64,000 bases of DNA. Origin: a virus. The translations under genes were made by a program, and so were the position numbers. The notes beneath the pieces are model-generated. The model had not been told where the DNA came from and made no database searches. It saw only the letters and a list, made by a program, of their open reading frames with translations. Positions 1 to 9,900 of the stretch are shown here, in pieces. Where the stretch lies: positions 64,001-128,000 of the IMG/VR virus record IMGVR_UViG_3300002026_002465, one strand, 5' to 3'. Every line of letters begins with the position of its first letter. The stretch's first letter is position 1.

Positions 1-1
1 T

Positions 2-166
2 GAAGATGGATCAATATGTTCAAAAGTTAAATATGAAAATTCTTATGGAAGAAATGGTGTATCAACAGATTATCTTGATAATTATTCAGAAGATATATTT
101 ATTGAAAATATTTTAATGTATATATTTGAAAATAAAATAAAATTAAAACCAATAGGACATTTTTAA
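2..166 (+). CDS. 3' end of a hypothetical protein (truncated by window start)
   Basis: Open frame from position 2 (EDGSICSKVKYENSYG...IFIENILMYIFENKIKLKPIGHF) ending TAA 164-166; the next gene's AAGGAG follows immediately. Confidence 0.6.
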   Translation, partial: EDGSICSKVKYENSYGRNGVSTDYLDNYSEDIFIENILMYIFENKIKLKPIGHF

Positions 167-178
167 AGGAGACACAAA

Positions 179-712
179 CTGGCTTTTGAAAAAATAACAT
201 ATAGGAAGAGGTTTACACCTAATGTAAAGAAAACTAATTTACAGTTACAACAATCAGCTAAAATGAAGAAAAAGTATTATACTGAAAATTGGGATGATAT
301 AAGAAGAAAGGTGTATCAAAGAGATGGTTATAGATGCGTTCTTTGTGGTCATAAAGGAAAACTAGCAGCCCACCATATAGTGCCTGTAAAAGTAAGCAAA
401 GATAATTCTTTATCAAATCTTGTTTCTGTTTGTGCAAAGTGTCATAGAAAATTAGAGTCAGTTGGATTAAAAATATTACAAGAAGGCGGATCAAGATCAG
501 ATGTTAGAAGAATAGAACTAACAATGATAATGGAAAATAAAAAAGAGAGGATGCAAAAGTATCTAGATAGGAGTAAAAATGACACCAGTAGAAAAGAAAC
601 TGATGGCGGCAATAGTAATGGGGTTGGAACAGAACCAGAAGTTATTAGTGAAGGTAAAAGCAATGGAGGATACTTTGGAGACTGTAGCAGAGAGTGTGAA
701 TACTCTTATTGA
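179..712 (+). CDS. HNH endonuclease (McrA-like), probable CTG start at 179 (ATG alternative at 263)
   Basis: RDGYRCVLCG...HHIVP...NLVSVCAKCHRK is a Zn-bound HNH signature. The frame is open upstream of ATG263 to an in-frame CTG at 179 that sits 7 nt after AAGGAG; ATG263 has no SD. Confidence 0.8.
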   Translation: MAFEKITYRKRFTPNVKKTNLQLQQSAKMKKKYYTENWDDIRRKVYQRDGYRCVLCGHKGKLAAHHIVPVKVSKDNSLSNLVSVCAKCHRKLESVGLKILQEGGSRSDVRRIELTMIMENKKERMQKYLDRSKNDTSRKETDGGNSNGVGTEPEVISEGKSNGGYFGDCSRECEYSY

Positions 713-743
713 AATAGAAGCTCAAAGAATAAAAAAAGGGTAA
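579..743 (+). CDS. 54-aa helical protein overlapping the HNH 3' end in another frame
   Basis: AGGAG SD at 569-573, ATG 579, MTPVEKKLMAAIVMGLEQNQKLLVKVKAMEDTLETVAESVNTLIEIEAQRIKKG, TAA 741-743 abutting the next ATG at 745. Below the ORF-track cutoff. Confidence 0.6.
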   Translation: MTPVEKKLMAAIVMGLEQNQKLLVKVKAMEDTLETVAESVNTLIEIEAQRIKKG

Positions 744-744
744 T

Positions 745-1023
745 ATGAATTTATATTTAAAAGATGGAACTATAAATTATGATGATTCATTTCAAGAAAT
801 AACAGCTCCATTATTATTTTGTTCAAATAGTGTTGATAAAGATCAAATGGATGGCTGGGTGTATTCATTTACTGACAATATAATAGTAGCTGAAACTGGG
901 TTTAGCTATGATTCAATGATAAATGCAGGATGGACTAATGGCAGTGAATTACCAAAAAATGAAAAACAAGAACTAATAATTAATATATTTGAACAAATTC
1001 CAAGAATGAAAGTTTATAAATAA
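745..1023 (+). CDS. hypothetical protein (short-ORF family member)
   Basis: ORF track; C-terminal LPKNEKQELIINIF motif shared with other short ORFs in the window. Confidence 0.7.
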   Translation: MNLYLKDGTINYDDSFQEITAPLLFCSNSVDKDQMDGWVYSFTDNIIVAETGFSYDSMINAGWTNGSELPKNEKQELIINIFEQIPRMKVYK

Positions 1024-1045
1024 TTGGATAAACAAGGAGACTATA

Positions 1046-1270
1046 ATGGAAGACAAAGAACTAAAAGGCAAAACAAACACCTTTAATAAAATTCAAACTC
1101 AAGAATATCCAACTGATTATTATACTGGCGATGTGTATAATGCTCCTGGATGTGAGGATTTTGCAAGTGCGGTTAAAAATCTTGATCAAAGTGAATTAGC
1201 AAAATTAAATAAAAAATTACAAACAGAACTTGAAAAAGGTCTTAATCCAAAATTTGCAATTAAAAAATAA
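1046..1270 (+). CDS. hypothetical protein
   Basis: AAGGAG SD upstream; stop overlaps next start (TAATG). Confidence 0.7.
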   Translation: MEDKELKGKTNTFNKIQTQEYPTDYYTGDVYNAPGCEDFASAVKNLDQSELAKLNKKLQTELEKGLNPKFAIKK

Positions 1271-1884
1271 TGGCCAATGTTTTATTCCAAAAACTTTCAC
1301 AGATATTACAAAAAAATTATGGGCCTAATTCAAATGTAATACCATTTGGAATAGGAAGAGTATATTCATGTGCATATAGAAACTGGCATCATGATCCTAA
1401 ACCTTTATTGTTTATTATAGGATCTGATGCCTTTTATACTGTTGGAATAAACATACATTATGTTGGTCTCTATGGTTCTGCTTTAATAAACTTTATTAAT
1501 AATTCTAGAAAAGCTAATGTTGTTTTTACTTCTCATACAATATATCAAGTTTTAAAAACACAATATCCTATGATACCTAAAATAGCTTATAGAAAATATT
1601 TTACATCAATGTTAAGAGGTGTAAAAGTATCAGAAGGATTAAGTCAAATACAAGAACCTGTAAATACAGTAGTAGCTTTAAGAGAAAATTGGGTAAGACA
1701 ATTAAATAACGTCATTAGACCAAAAGTTTTTTCATATAATAAAGTTCAATATAATCCTCTAGAAGCTCAAAAAATAGCATCACAAACAATTCAAATACAA
1801 TATCGTCAAGATTCGCAAAAACCATATCAAAATCAGAAAGGTATATCTGTGCAATATAACCCTCAGGAGAATATTAATGGATGA
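1270..1884 (+). CDS. T4 gp2-like DNA end-protector protein (tentative)
   Basis: HHDPKPLLFIIG...VGINIHYV...AYRKY resembles the gp2 family D-x-x-P-L / G-x-N-x-H-Y pattern as I recall it. Confidence 0.5.
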   Translation: MANVLFQKLSQILQKNYGPNSNVIPFGIGRVYSCAYRNWHHDPKPLLFIIGSDAFYTVGINIHYVGLYGSALINFINNSRKANVVFTSHTIYQVLKTQYPMIPKIAYRKYFTSMLRGVKVSEGLSQIQEPVNTVVALRENWVRQLNNVIRPKVFSYNKVQYNPLEAQKIASQTIQIQYRQDSQKPYQNQKGISVQYNPQENING

Positions 1885-3853
1885 ATCTGACATAACAAGC
1901 TCTTCTATTCCATATATTGAAGTTAAACTTGGAAATGACAAAGAAAAACCTCTATATAAAATAAGTACTAATCAATCAGAAACTGGTTATTATGATGGTG
2001 GAAACTTTATTGCAGATGGAACTGCCTTAATTCAAAGTGCAAATATTGATGGAGTTGTTCCTATGGGAAGACAAGGTAATATTACACTAATTGATATTTC
2101 AGGAACATGGACAAGTAGAATGGCTGATGTTGGAAAATCTTCATCATCTATGTTATCACCATCAGGTCCTAATATTTATATAAGTTTTGGATGGAGAGGA
2201 TTACAAGCAAATAAAGAATATTCAGGCGGTAAATCACATATTAATGAAATGGATGGATTTATTCAAGGAGTAAAATTTGACATTGGAGATGATGCTTCAG
2301 TTACAATAACAATAGATTTTGTTGCATATTCAGCAATAGCCTTTAATGATATAATTGCATGGGGATGGGATGATTTTATAAAGACGGCTCCTGATAAATT
2401 GTGGAAAGTTATGCAAAATATTACTGGTGCAACAACTGCTAATAGTGGTGGTAGTAGTGGTGGGCGTAGTGGACCTGGAGCAGCTGGTGGAAATGCTACA
2501 GGTTATGGTCCTAATATACCACAATCAAAAAATGCAAACTGTACTGCTGCAGATGTTATCAACTATGTCTTAGCAGTTCCAGATTGGGATTATCCAGTAA
2601 TAGGAAAACAACAACCTGATTTTGCATACTCAAAATCTTTAGCATCTAAAAAAATAATAGTTCAAGTAGGAACTAGGATGTCAGAATATGTTGCTGAAGG
2701 TTTAACTGGTAATAGTGATTTAACTTCTATAGAGTTTGGTGAATCACTAAGTAGTTGGTTACAAAAGATGTTAGAAAAAGTTGTTTTAAATGCAGATGGA
2801 CAAAAAAAAGCAGAAGAAAAGAAACTTGTTATAACACTAGAAAAACAAAATGATAAAGATGCGTATACATATAGTGGAAGAAATCCTAAATTTAAGGATT
2901 GGACACTTATTGTTTATGATTGGAAAGCAGTTGCTGATCAAGGAACAACTTCTGGAAGTGCTATATCAGACATAGCAAAATATAATCTAGAAGTAGAAAA
3001 TAGATATAAATATAATAATGGACCAATGTTATATTGGAAAAATGGAACTGATGAATATGCTTATTTAAAAAAGGCTGCAAAAGTTGTTGAAAAAACATAT
3101 GAATATGATGGTGCTGACATAGCAAAAGTTATTGTAGATAGAAAAAGAGTATTAAGTTGGTCTAGTAATTTATCATCTATGCCTCAATTATTTAGATTAT
3201 TTAAAGATGAATTTCGTGATAAATTAAATGAAGTAAAAAGTAATGAAAATTATGGTGATTTTTTAAAAATCATGCAAAAGTTTGATAATGCAACACAAGC
3301 TGAAGATTTTTTTAAAGGTAAAATGAGTGGACTTAATAGATTAGCAACATTTGGAGTTGGTGGTCCTAGTAAAAAAACTTCTGACGCTGCAGCTCAAGCA
3401 TTTGCAACAACAAAAAATATAGGGGATGCCGTGTCTAATATGGGTAATATTACACAAAGAACAGCAACAAATAGAGACCAAACATTTGCATCTATATTAG
3501 CAAATAATGTTTTTACAGTAGATGTTGAAGTAATTGGAGATCCAGATCTTGGTACTAGACTTCCTGGTGGTAATACAATTATATCAACTGACTTCCATTG
3601 GGCAGATCAAGGATATTTAACAAAAGTTTTTGGAAGTGATAAAGAGTTAATAAATATTGCAAAAGAATCATTAGTCAATATGTTTAGTAGACAGTGGATT
3701 CTCATGTCATCTAATCATTCTATATCAGATGGAAAATATACTACTAAATTACAATTAATAGGATATATACCATTAATAGATGCAAAAGAATATGCAGAAA
3801 ATAGAGCTGCAGAAAGAGCTGGCGGAGGTCTCGGCCGTGCTACAGAGATATAG
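1877..3853 (+). CDS. baseplate hub protein (T4 gp27 / P2 GpD-like)
   Basis: C-terminal VDVEVIGDPDL...WILMSSNHSISDGKYTTKLQL is typical of hub/late-control-D C-termini; adjacent to the tape measure gene. Confidence 0.65.
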   Translation: MDESDITSSSIPYIEVKLGNDKEKPLYKISTNQSETGYYDGGNFIADGTALIQSANIDGVVPMGRQGNITLIDISGTWTSRMADVGKSSSSMLSPSGPNIYISFGWRGLQANKEYSGGKSHINEMDGFIQGVKFDIGDDASVTITIDFVAYSAIAFNDIIAWGWDDFIKTAPDKLWKVMQNITGATTANSGGSSGGRSGPGAAGGNATGYGPNIPQSKNANCTAADVINYVLAVPDWDYPVIGKQQPDFAYSKSLASKKIIVQVGTRMSEYVAEGLTGNSDLTSIEFGESLSSWLQKMLEKVVLNADGQKKAEEKKLVITLEKQNDKDAYTYSGRNPKFKDWTLIVYDWKAVADQGTTSGSAISDIAKYNLEVENRYKYNNGPMLYWKNGTDEYAYLKKAAKVVEKTYEYDGADIAKVIVDRKRVLSWSSNLSSMPQLFRLFKDEFRDKLNEVKSNENYGDFLKIMQKFDNATQAEDFFKGKMSGLNRLATFGVGGPSKKTSDAAAQAFATTKNIGDAVSNMGNITQRTATNRDQTFASILANNVFTVDVEVIGDPDLGTRLPGGNTIISTDFHWADQGYLTKVFGSDKELINIAKESLVNMFSRQWILMSSNHSISDGKYTTKLQLIGYIPLIDAKEYAENRAAERAGGGLGRATEI

Positions 3854-3862
3854 GAGTTTAAA

Positions 3863-6800
3863 ATGTTTGGAATAGACGTTGCAATCAATTTAGTATCAAA
3901 CACCACATCTTTTAGTAAAGGCCTTACAGATGCTGGTGCAGGTTCATTCAAATTTTTTGAATCTATGAACAAACAGTTGAGCACAATGAAAAAAGAATTT
4001 AAAATAAGTGAAGAACAAGTATCTAGTCTTTCAAATAAATTCATAAATATGATGCCAAAAAATCTTGATGCAAATTCAACAGCTTATAGAATTTTATTTT
4101 CACAAATTGCCAATGATGCTCAGCGTGCAACTAATGATATAAAAACTTCATTATCAGACATGTTTGGAACAGGGGCTGTAAAAGATAATAAATTTACAAA
4201 AGATTTTAAAGGTCTTGAAAATATATTAATATCCACAGATGAAAAAACACTCCATTCATTGGCAGCTTCTTTTAATTTACTTAAAGGTAATATTGATAAA
4301 ATGACTCATAAAGAGTTAAAGCAATTTGGTGATATGTTTGATGATCTTAAAGAACATCCAGAAAAAATAGAACAAATAACTAAAGGGGCAGGGAAACTGG
4401 CTAATGTACTAGATAAAAGAACAAATAAGAGTTTAAAAGAAATGGTATCTGGAGTTGGGAGGTTTGCCAAAAATGCATTAGAACTATATAGTATATTTGA
4501 AATATTTACTCAAATAATTGGAGTACAAAATGAATTAGCTCGTTCAACATGGAAGATGGGTTTAAGTCAAAACACAGTATTTAAAGATCTAAATGGTAAT
4601 GTGTTAAAAGTTAATAATGCTACAAAAGATGCAAATAAAAATGTAAGAAATACAACATCTTCATTGATGGATATAAATAGACAAGTTGCAGCAAGCACTC
4701 AATCATCGCTTAGTGAAGTATCTGCTACAATGAGAGGATTAATGGATATGAGGGTTGGAACTTTAAATGGTGATTTAGCTGGATTAACAGAAACATCTGT
4801 ACTAATGTCAAAAGCCTTAGGAATAAGTGGAGATGCCGCAAATAGATTTGTTAAAGATTTAAGTCTTATTGGTGGATTAGCAGAAGGTGAGATTAGAGAT
4901 GCAGCACAAGCAATATCTAATGTTCAACAACAGTTTGGATTAACAGAAGTAGAGGCTCAAGGTGTTGGTGATACGGTTGGTTATTTAATGCGAAGATTTA
5001 GAACTTTTGGTGGAAGTGTTAAAGATATAAAAGTTGTCACAAAAGAAGTTGCAAAAATGACTGCAGTATTTTCGTCAGTTGGTCTAGAAGCTAGTGAAGC
5101 AGGTTCAATGATTAAAAAAATGATGGATCCTGAAAATTTGTCACAATCTATTATGCTATGGAATCAAATGGGCATGTCAGCTTCTGAAGGTATGGCTATG
5201 ATGAATGGACAGGGTGGCAATATGGCTAACATGACAGAAAAAATGGTCGTAGCTGCAAAAAATCTCAAGGCTCAATATGGTGGAAATATATTTGCTTTAA
5301 AAGCAATGGCTGAAGCCTCAGGCATGACACTCGAATCAGTACAGGCATTATCACAGTATGATTCAAAAAAACTAAAAGATCAAAAAGATAGTCTTAAATT
5401 AGAACAAGCGGCAAACGCTGCAAGACAGGGTATGTTAGATCAATTAAATAGAATTAAAGACTCATTAATGGTAGTTCTCCAAGGAGCAATACTTCCATTT
5501 TTAAAACCAATAGGTGATTTATTAGAAACTATAGCAAGGGGTTTAAGTTGGATTAATGAATTAGCAGAAAGTCAAAATTTACTTGTGAAAGGTATTGGTA
5601 TGGCATTAAAAGGTGGCATATTAGTAGCATTGCTTATGGTGACAGGTGTTATACCTGGAATAATTAATGGTTTTGCCGCCATTGCAAGAGGAATACCAGT
5701 TATAGGTAAAAATATTGGTACTGCCGCATCTACATTAAAAGACCTTGGAAAATCTGCATGGGAAACTTCTGGTAAATTTATAGATGGATGGCGAGGAGCT
5801 GCAAAAAACGGTGAAGGTATATTTAGTCAAATAGGCGCAGCTTTTAAAAATGCATTTGGTAAAAAAGTAGAAGAACAATTACCAGATGCGGCAGCAAAAG
5901 GATTGGATAGTGCTAAAGATTCAGCAGCAGAAAAAGCTAAAGATGCTATTAAGAAAAATGCAGAAATAAATCCTGAACCTTTAGAAAAAGCTGGAAAAGC
6001 AATGAACAGTTTTCCTTCAGCAGGTCAAATATTAGCAATAGGCGGAGCAATACTAATGATCGCCGTAGGCATAGGTGCAATAGCTCTTGCAACTGCACAA
6101 CTAGCAAAGGCAATGAAGGATCTTAATCCAGAACAATTGAATGCCTTAATGGGTACAATGGGAATAATAATGGGTGGCATGGTATTAATAGTTCTTGCAT
6201 TCGCAGGAGCATTAGCAGTTTTAGGAGCAGCAGGTTATGTTGCTGCTGGACCAATATTAGCAATTGGTGGTGCTGTATTTTTAATGGCATTAGGTGTATC
6301 TTTAATAATATTATCATTAACTGAGCTTGTTAAAGCATTTGCAGGATTAGGTGAGAATGCTGGCATGGTTGCATCTGGAATAGTATCTATTATAGGTGCA
6401 GTAACTAGTTTAATGGTTGTAGCCAGTGGATTAGGTTTAGTTTTGATGGCAATGTCTGGAGCTCTTATTAGTGGAGCTTATGGAATGGCAATATTCTCTG
6501 CAGCATCATTGTTACTTGTTGGTTCTTTTTTATTATTAAGTGGTGTTGTTGGAATTGTTGAAAAAATTGGAAATACTTTCTTAAATATGGGTGCTGGTAT
6601 AGATCTTATTACAGGGAATATATCCTCTGCAACAAAAGGTTTGTTAGAATTTAAAAATGAATTAGGTGGTGGATGGAAAGGCATAGCAGATGGTATTGTT
6701 GCAGAGATAGGAAGAGTAAATGCTGAATTAGATAATATGCAAAATCTTTTATCTGGAGTTAATTTAAAGGCTGCAATTTCACAAGTTGTTAAAGTAGTTG

Positions 6801-6988
6801 GAGGGGATAAAACAGAAGCAAGTTCAAAACCAGTTGATTATACAAGTCAATTAGACATTGCCAACAAGCATTTAGGTGATATTAGTTCAAACACAGCAAC
6901 AACAAATACAAAACTAGATGGCGTAATAAATGCTATAAAAAGCACAAGATATAATGTGACATCAAAACTAGTAATGAATAATGCGTAA
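3863..6988 (+). CDS. tail tape measure protein
   Basis: 1041 aa, Ala/Gly/Met-rich helical composition, long hydrophobic Ala/Gly/Leu C-terminal tract, position among baseplate genes, AGGAG SD. Confidence 0.85.
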   Translation: MFGIDVAINLVSNTTSFSKGLTDAGAGSFKFFESMNKQLSTMKKEFKISEEQVSSLSNKFINMMPKNLDANSTAYRILFSQIANDAQRATNDIKTSLSDMFGTGAVKDNKFTKDFKGLENILISTDEKTLHSLAASFNLLKGNIDKMTHKELKQFGDMFDDLKEHPEKIEQITKGAGKLANVLDKRTNKSLKEMVSGVGRFAKNALELYSIFEIFTQIIGVQNELARSTWKMGLSQNTVFKDLNGNVLKVNNATKDANKNVRNTTSSLMDINRQVAASTQSSLSEVSATMRGLMDMRVGTLNGDLAGLTETSVLMSKALGISGDAANRFVKDLSLIGGLAEGEIRDAAQAISNVQQQFGLTEVEAQGVGDTVGYLMRRFRTFGGSVKDIKVVTKEVAKMTAVFSSVGLEASEAGSMIKKMMDPENLSQSIMLWNQMGMSASEGMAMMNGQGGNMANMTEKMVVAAKNLKAQYGGNIFALKAMAEASGMTLESVQALSQYDSKKLKDQKDSLKLEQAANAARQGMLDQLNRIKDSLMVVLQGAILPFLKPIGDLLETIARGLSWINELAESQNLLVKGIGMALKGGILVALLMVTGVIPGIINGFAAIARGIPVIGKNIGTAASTLKDLGKSAWETSGKFIDGWRGAAKNGEGIFSQIGAAFKNAFGKKVEEQLPDAAAKGLDSAKDSAAEKAKDAIKKNAEINPEPLEKAGKAMNSFPSAGQILAIGGAILMIAVGIGAIALATAQLAKAMKDLNPEQLNALMGTMGIIMGGMVLIVLAFAGALAVLGAAGYVAAGPILAIGGAVFLMALGVSLIILSLTELVKAFAGLGENAGMVASGIVSIIGAVTSLMVVASGLGLVLMAMSGALISGAYGMAIFSAASLLLVGSFLLLSGVVGIVEKIGNTFLNMGAGIDLITGNISSATKGLLEFKNELGGGWKGIADGIVAEIGRVNAELDNMQNLLSGVNLKAAISQVVKVVGGDKTEASSKPVDYTSQLDIANKHLGDISSNTATTNTKLDGVINAIKSTRYNVTSKLVMNNA

Positions 6989-9900
6989 TGGAGAAATCAA
7001 TGTCAGATAATATTGAAGAGAAAAAACCTAGTGATATTGTAGGTACAAACAAAGAATATAAAAGAGTTGAATATACACTCCCTGAACAACATTCTTCAAA
7101 GGGTCTTGAACCTATTATTCCAGCATCAACTGGTAATAATAAAAATGGAAGAACAATTGGCTCTATGGGGTCTAGACAAGAAAAATCAATGTTTGATATC
7201 AATTCAATTGGAAAACAACCTCATAAATTATCTGATGATATAGTTACACCAGCATCTAGAATAGAAAAAGAAAATCCAATCATTGCAGAAAAAGAAAATA
7301 GATCTTTTAAAGATGATATTGTTATACCCCAACAATCAGATAGAGAAAAAAAATATAATGAATTACAACAAGATATAACTCGCCTTTCTATGAAAAGAGA
7401 TTTGAATGTTAAAACAGAACAACAATACGAAGCAAAAAAAGAAGACAAAGTAGATATAAAACAAAATCAAGTTAAAAAAACAGAATTATTTCTAGAAGAA
7501 AAAAAACATCGTGTTAAACAAGAAAGTGATATATTCAAGGATATGAATCATGATAGAAAATCATCCGTTGAAATAGAGCCTAGCAATAACACCTATGTTA
7601 AAAAAGAAAATGATACCCAAGTATTATCTGATCACTTAAATAAAAAAGAAATTGATGAAACAATCATTGGAAGTAATTTATCAAAATTAGAACAAGAAAT
7701 ATCTCCTAAAAGCAATGAAAAAAAGAGTGAAGTTCTTATTTCATCTAGTGATGATAGAAAAGAAAAAACAGAGAAAGCTTATGATCCTGCTATAACAGAA
7801 AAAAAGATTGACAAAAATATTGTTAATGTAGATACAGGAACGGAAAAGACAGAGATAAGAGAAAATATAATAAATAAAAATACTCCAAAACCTGATAATG
7901 AAGTCAGTGCATTCTCTAAAAATGAATCTAGAGATGATAAAGATGTTTATGAAACAACAGGTGATGTTAATTTTATTAATTTGCAGAATAATGAAAAGAC
8001 ATGGGAACACAATACAACAGATCTTTCTTCTCCTAAACAATCAGATCATGATCCAAAAAGATCAAATATAGATTTACCTAACAATAGAAATGATAAAACT
8101 GGTTTATTAGGCGATGAAGAATACACTCTTGATTATTATGCAACAAAACCAAAAAGTGCAATACAAGAACATAATATCAACTCAACTGATAATGTAAAAG
8201 AAAAATCATTTGGTGACTCAACACCAAATTTTCATAATTCGTCTGCAACTATAGATAGTATATCAAATTATTTAATAGATGATATTGATTTACAATCTTC
8301 ATTGGATAAAAGAGATGGAAGAGATATAAATAACTATACAGATTATTCTCCTGTTCCAGCGTCAAAGCCACAAACTATCATTACAAAAAAATCTGTAAAG
8401 CCAATTGTTAATCTTTCTTATTCAAATGTTTTAGATGAGTTTAATAATGCTTTATTAAATGGAGCAAAAGAAGGATATTCTGATGATAACACACCTAAAA
8501 ATCCTATAGCACCATCATCAGCACCTGGTAAAACTAAGTTTGATTCTAATAGTATTATTAATGGAGTAGTAAATTATGGTAATGAAGAAGATCATACAAA
8601 TAGTGGAATAACATTAAATGCTAGGCCTGTTAAAACACAAGATATAAAAAATAAAGTATTAGCTTCACCAAATAATGTTGATGATAGAATATCTGAAGAT
8701 AGATCAGATTTATCTAAAATTGCATTATCAGAAGATAAAATAAATTATGGTAATGAAGAAGATCATACAGTTAGAGGAATCATAGATACTGCAAGACCAT
8801 ATAAATCTGGTGATACCTTATTAAGTTTTGATAAAGATGGAAAAGAAGTAAAAACACAAATTGTACCTCAACCAAATAATGTTGATGATAGAATATCTGA
8901 AGATAGATCTAAACTTGATAAATATACACTAGAATCTGGAAAAATAGATATAAATAAAAAAATAGATTTCAACACTAGAACATTAGGGCCTGTTGGAAGA
9001 GAAAATAAAAACTCCAATGATTCAGGCGATATAATAGAGCCTATTGTAATAACTAAAACAGAAACAGAAGATGAATCCATTGCTTATAGACCTCAAAGAC
9101 AAGATGATTTTTGGCAAAAAATAAGAGGTATTAATACTGCTACACTTGCATCGTTCTTGAGACCAATTGGAAATATTAGAAAATTTGTAAATAATACACG
9201 TAAAGGTTCTGGCGATTTAGATTCAGTAGCATTAAACGCTTTAATGCCATTTACAAATGAAATTCCAGATAATGTATTTGGTCGAAATATTGAAGGTTTT
9301 AAACAGATTTTTAATGGAAGCAAGGCTATAATACCATTAACGCCAGAAGTTTTTGGGCAAGAATTTACAGCCGGAAATTTGAAAGATGATTTAGTAAATT
9401 ATACTCGACACGCTATAATAAATGGATTTAGAGTTATAGCAAATAATATTGTTGACAACTTATGGATTCAAGGAGAAAACGAGCAGGGTGATAGAACACA
9501 AGCATTAAACGTTATTAAACAATCATCACCAGAAGCTGCTAAAATTATTGAAAAAAGCACTCCAACAGAACCTCCATATACAGGAGCATTAACAAAATCA
9601 AGTCAATCACAAGATGTTAGAGGACAAATAAATTCAGACATAGGCATTTTACAAGGTGGATACAGTAATGCAAGTATAAAAAACTCTATAGCAAATAAAT
9701 ATAAAGATTTTGAATCATATAGAGAAATGTTAAAGATTCAACTTGCAAGAAAAAGTTTTGCTTCTAAAATTAAAGGTGCATTCTCATCTGATGAAAACAA
9801 TAAAGATTTAATAAAAGAATATAATAGATCATCGCCTACTACTCCTCTAGAAATACAAAGACAAAAGATGATTGGCCAAATGATTGATTTTGAGTCTAGA

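Noticed and set aside
179-712. HNH as part of an intron or intein mobile element
   Set aside because: It is a free-standing ORF between intact genes, with no split host gene or splice-junction motifs.
3715-3863. Tail assembly chaperone with programmed frameshift upstream of the tape measure
   Set aside because: The gene upstream of the tape measure is the hub-like protein; no small ORF pair or slippery site is present there.
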